Virus record (IMG/VR): IMGVR_UViG_3300042888_001972
Location: 25,272 to 89,271 of that record
DNA: 64,000 bases
Origin: a virus
Lineage: Duplodnaviria; Caudoviricetes
Reading direction: 5' to 3' (one strand)
Shown in pieces: positions 61,893-64,000 of this stretch (position 1 is the first letter of the stretch; each line of letters starts with the position of its first letter). Below the pieces are notes generated by a model, which saw nothing but the letters and a program-made list of their open reading frames with translations, did not search any database and was not told the DNA's origin. The position numbers and the translations under genes were made by a program.

Positions 61893-62165
61893 ATGAAAAA
61901 ATTATTTATTACTTTAGTATTACTTGTTGGAACATTAACATTTTCTCAAACTAAACCAAAAACAAAAGACATCGATAAGGATATCAATGTCTTATTAGAT
62001 TCATTATCTAAAGTCTATAAAGTAAAAGTTGGTTCAGTTATTGTTGAGGATTATCCTAATTTAAGAGTCACGTCAATTGCCTATTATCAAAACGATGAAT
62101 TAACCTACAAAGTTATTCAAACAGAAAAAAACCCAACAAAAAGAAATATATTTGGCAACTATTAA
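61893..62165 (+). CDS. Small secreted protein (Sec signal peptide)
   Basis: MKKLFITLVLLVGTLTFS|Q. Confidence 0.75.
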   Translation: MKKLFITLVLLVGTLTFSQTKPKTKDIDKDINVLLDSLSKVYKVKVGSVIVEDYPNLRVTSIAYYQNDELTYKVIQTEKNPTKRNIFGNY

Positions 62166-63334
62166 ATAGTTTTATTACAGTTTGCGGTGACACTATATCC
62201 GGTTTTAATCTTATATGTTCCAATTGGTGAATAAACTTTAAGTCCTGATTCTCCAGAAGGTCCATTAAAATTTAAAGTTACTGGGCCTGTTTGTTGTGTA
62301 TAAACAACAAATTCTTTAACACCTTGTTCACATAAACGTTTAAGGTCGTCTAATGGGTCACCAACTTCATCATTTCCTCCACCAAAACTTTTTGTTGGGT
62401 CTATTAAAAGTTGTTTAAATAATTCTTCATAACTATTGGCAGTTATTTTAATAATTTTACTACCACTAACCGATACATTATTTTTTAAATTAATAAGTGT
62501 TAATTGGTAAACATATAATGGAACCCATTTAAAATTTCTATATACATGAGCACGTGTTGTAACATATCCGGTGTCTTGAGTTATTACATTATTTTTATTA
62601 GTAACAATTAATCTATCAGGAATACTTCCGGTATCAAAAGTTATAACACCTTTACCAAATAATTTTTCATTGGTTAACACATAATCATACCTTTCTTCAC
62701 CTTGTCCTGCGTTTATTTTTCTACCGGGCCATTGACAAATATTTTGGGAATCCGAATCTCTAACCTCTCCAGTTCCTTTAATATCGAAATTAACAAATTG
62801 TTCCTGTTTGTATAATTTAATTAATTCAGGATTTTTACTGTCACCTTTAGTTTTATCATATGGTGTTTTACCTAAAACAACTTGGCTAACATCCTTAGGT
62901 CCTTCAATAATTAAAGTACCGTTTTCAATTAACTCAGGAAATATTTCTTGAAAATATTGTTTAACCGAATTGGCTCTTGCCAAAGCTAAACTTCCTTTTT
63001 CTTCAAACCCTTTTGGATTTGTAACATTTGATTCTCCCGCACTAATGTTTACAATAAATTCGTTACCACCACTTTTTTTAATAAATTCTTCAATTTTAGG
63101 TTTTAACGCAACAATGGAATTTTTAACAACATCAGATTGATATTCACCAAATTTAAATTGATTTCCAATTTTTTGTTCTGGAAATACCGTATTATCAGAT
63201 GATGTAGTTGTTTTAGTCACAATTGGTTGTACTGCTTGTTCTAAAGTTAAGTATTGTCTATTTGTTGCAGATTCATGAAGATTTAATATCCTATTTCTCT
63301 CATCTTCATCTATATTCCATGTTTGTTTAATCAT
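62162..63334 (-). CDS. OmpA-C-like domain protein with N-terminal leader
   Basis: F.FGEY, SLALARANSVKQY resemble the OmpA-like fold; ERNRILNLHES leader; no signal peptide. Confidence 0.55.
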   Translation of the reverse strand: MIKQTWNIDEDERNRILNLHESATNRQYLTLEQAVQPIVTKTTTSSDNTVFPEQKIGNQFKFGEYQSDVVKNSIVALKPKIEEFIKKSGGNEFIVNISAGESNVTNPKGFEEKGSLALARANSVKQYFQEIFPELIENGTLIIEGPKDVSQVVLGKTPYDKTKGDSKNPELIKLYKQEQFVNFDIKGTGEVRDSDSQNICQWPGRKINAGQGEERYDYVLTNEKLFGKGVITFDTGSIPDRLIVTNKNNVITQDTGYVTTRAHVYRNFKWVPLYVYQLTLINLKNNVSVSGSKIIKITANSYEELFKQLLIDPTKSFGGGNDEVGDPLDDLKRLCEQGVKEFVVYTQQTGPVTLNFNGPSGESGLKVYSPIGTYKIKTGYSVTANCNKTI

Positions 63335-63368
63335 TTCAACTATTTTATAATAAATATAACCAAAAAAT

Positions 63369-63399
63369 TTTGTGGGTAATTAAAAAATATTTATATTTG
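63369..63399 (+). promoter_or_regulatory. Bacteroidota-type (-33/-7) promoter
   Basis: TTTG-N19-TATATTTG. Confidence 0.8.
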
Positions 63400-63424
63400 T
63401 ACAAATATTAAAACATCTACACAT

Positions 63425-63814
63425 ATGAAAAACTTAATTACCATCATTCTTTTTATTTTTATTTCAAATTTATCATTTGGTCAAATTCAAGCCGTAAAAG
63501 CGGGGAACTATTATGAATTAAATGATTTGTGGAAACGTGATTCCATATCAGTTAAACAATTAATGGATACCTACAAATTAGATATCTCTAATTTAGTTTA
63601 TGTTAAATTTTTTGGCGATTTTGAATTAAGTCAAGAATTACACGATAACTACTCTTACACAACATATGTTTATGCACTAGACAAGAAAACAGGTGTTGTC
63701 ACTATGGAATCAATTCCTCACGTAAATAAAATACCAAAACCTAACAAATATGTTATGGTTTATTGTTTTGATAATTATACTGACAGTAAAATTATTAATA
63801 TTAAGGTATTTTAA
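63425..63814 (+). CDS. Small secreted protein (Sec signal peptide)
   Basis: MKNLITIILFIFISNLSFG|Q. Confidence 0.75.
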   Translation: MKNLITIILFIFISNLSFGQIQAVKAGNYYELNDLWKRDSISVKQLMDTYKLDISNLVYVKFFGDFELSQELHDNYSYTTYVYALDKKTGVVTMESIPHVNKIPKPNKYVMVYCFDNYTDSKIINIKVF

Positions 63815-63815
63815 T

Positions 63816-63850
63816 AAAAAAAAAAAGGGTCTATTAAGACCCTTTTTTTT
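63816..63850. terminator. Bidirectional intrinsic terminator
   Basis: A-tract, GGGTCT-atta-AGACCC, T-tract. Confidence 0.85.
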
Positions 63851-64000
63851 ATTGTTGTTGTTTCATTATTTGAGGAAGTTTAATAATTAATCTTCTATTA
63901 GGTGCCGTTTGATTTTCATCTGTTACGTCAGGCCATTTTTTACCCTTAGCAAATTGGTCAGTTTCTCCAATACCTTTAGGTATAAAATTTAATTTAATTC
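63849..64000 (-). CDS. 3' end of an OmpA-C-like protein (enters from beyond window)
   Basis: Manual translation ...FIPKGIGETDQFAKGKKWPDVTDENQTAPNRRLIIKLPQIMKQQQ*; GxGE...NRR is the OmpA-like C-terminal signature. Confidence 0.65.
   Translation of the reverse strand, partial: IKLNFIPKGIGETDQFAKGKKWPDVTDENQTAPNRRLIIKLPQIMKQQQ

Noticed and set aside
1-64000. Eukaryotic giant virus or bacterial chromosome origin, suggested by the transferases, gmd/fcl, SOD and SNF2
   Set aside because: Tail sheath, neck, baseplate hub, phage sigma factor, bacterial promoters and intrinsic terminators indicate a tailed bacteriophage
1-64000. Stop-codon reassignment as in some large phages
   Set aside because: Standard-code ORFs are full length and tile the window densely

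Overview
AT-rich, gene-dense segment of a large myovirus (jumbo-phage-like), most likely infecting Bacteroidota: five TTTG-N19/20-TAnnTTTG promoters and Q-rule signal peptides are present. It encodes virion genes (truncated tail sheath, gp13/gp14/gp15-like neck and terminator proteins, gp5-like hub), a family B DNA polymerase, SNF2 helicase, 3'-5' exonuclease, dUTPase, PhoH and a phage sigma factor. About half the window is a glycobiology locus: about 15 glycosyltransferase-like genes, an FkbM methyltransferase, GDP-fucose synthesis (gmd, fcl), and four mucin-like Pro/Thr-repeat proteins directly upstream of a GT60-family polypeptide GlcNAc-transferase. The leading hypothesis is a phage-encoded mucin-type O-glycosylation system that coats virion fibres. 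Other observations: a recurrent TATTTAT late-promoter motif, late proteins sharing [ILV]-x-E leader motifs (possible head-packaged cargo, including a Mn-SOD/nuclease fusion, a WYL protein and an OmpA-like protein), an unannotated ArfA-like peptide, an unannotated ribbon-helix-helix gene, a stand-alone rod-shaped ncRNA candidate and two structured leaders. No tRNA, rRNA, CRISPR array or mobile element was recognised. All family assignments come from motif recognition by eye, not database searches.
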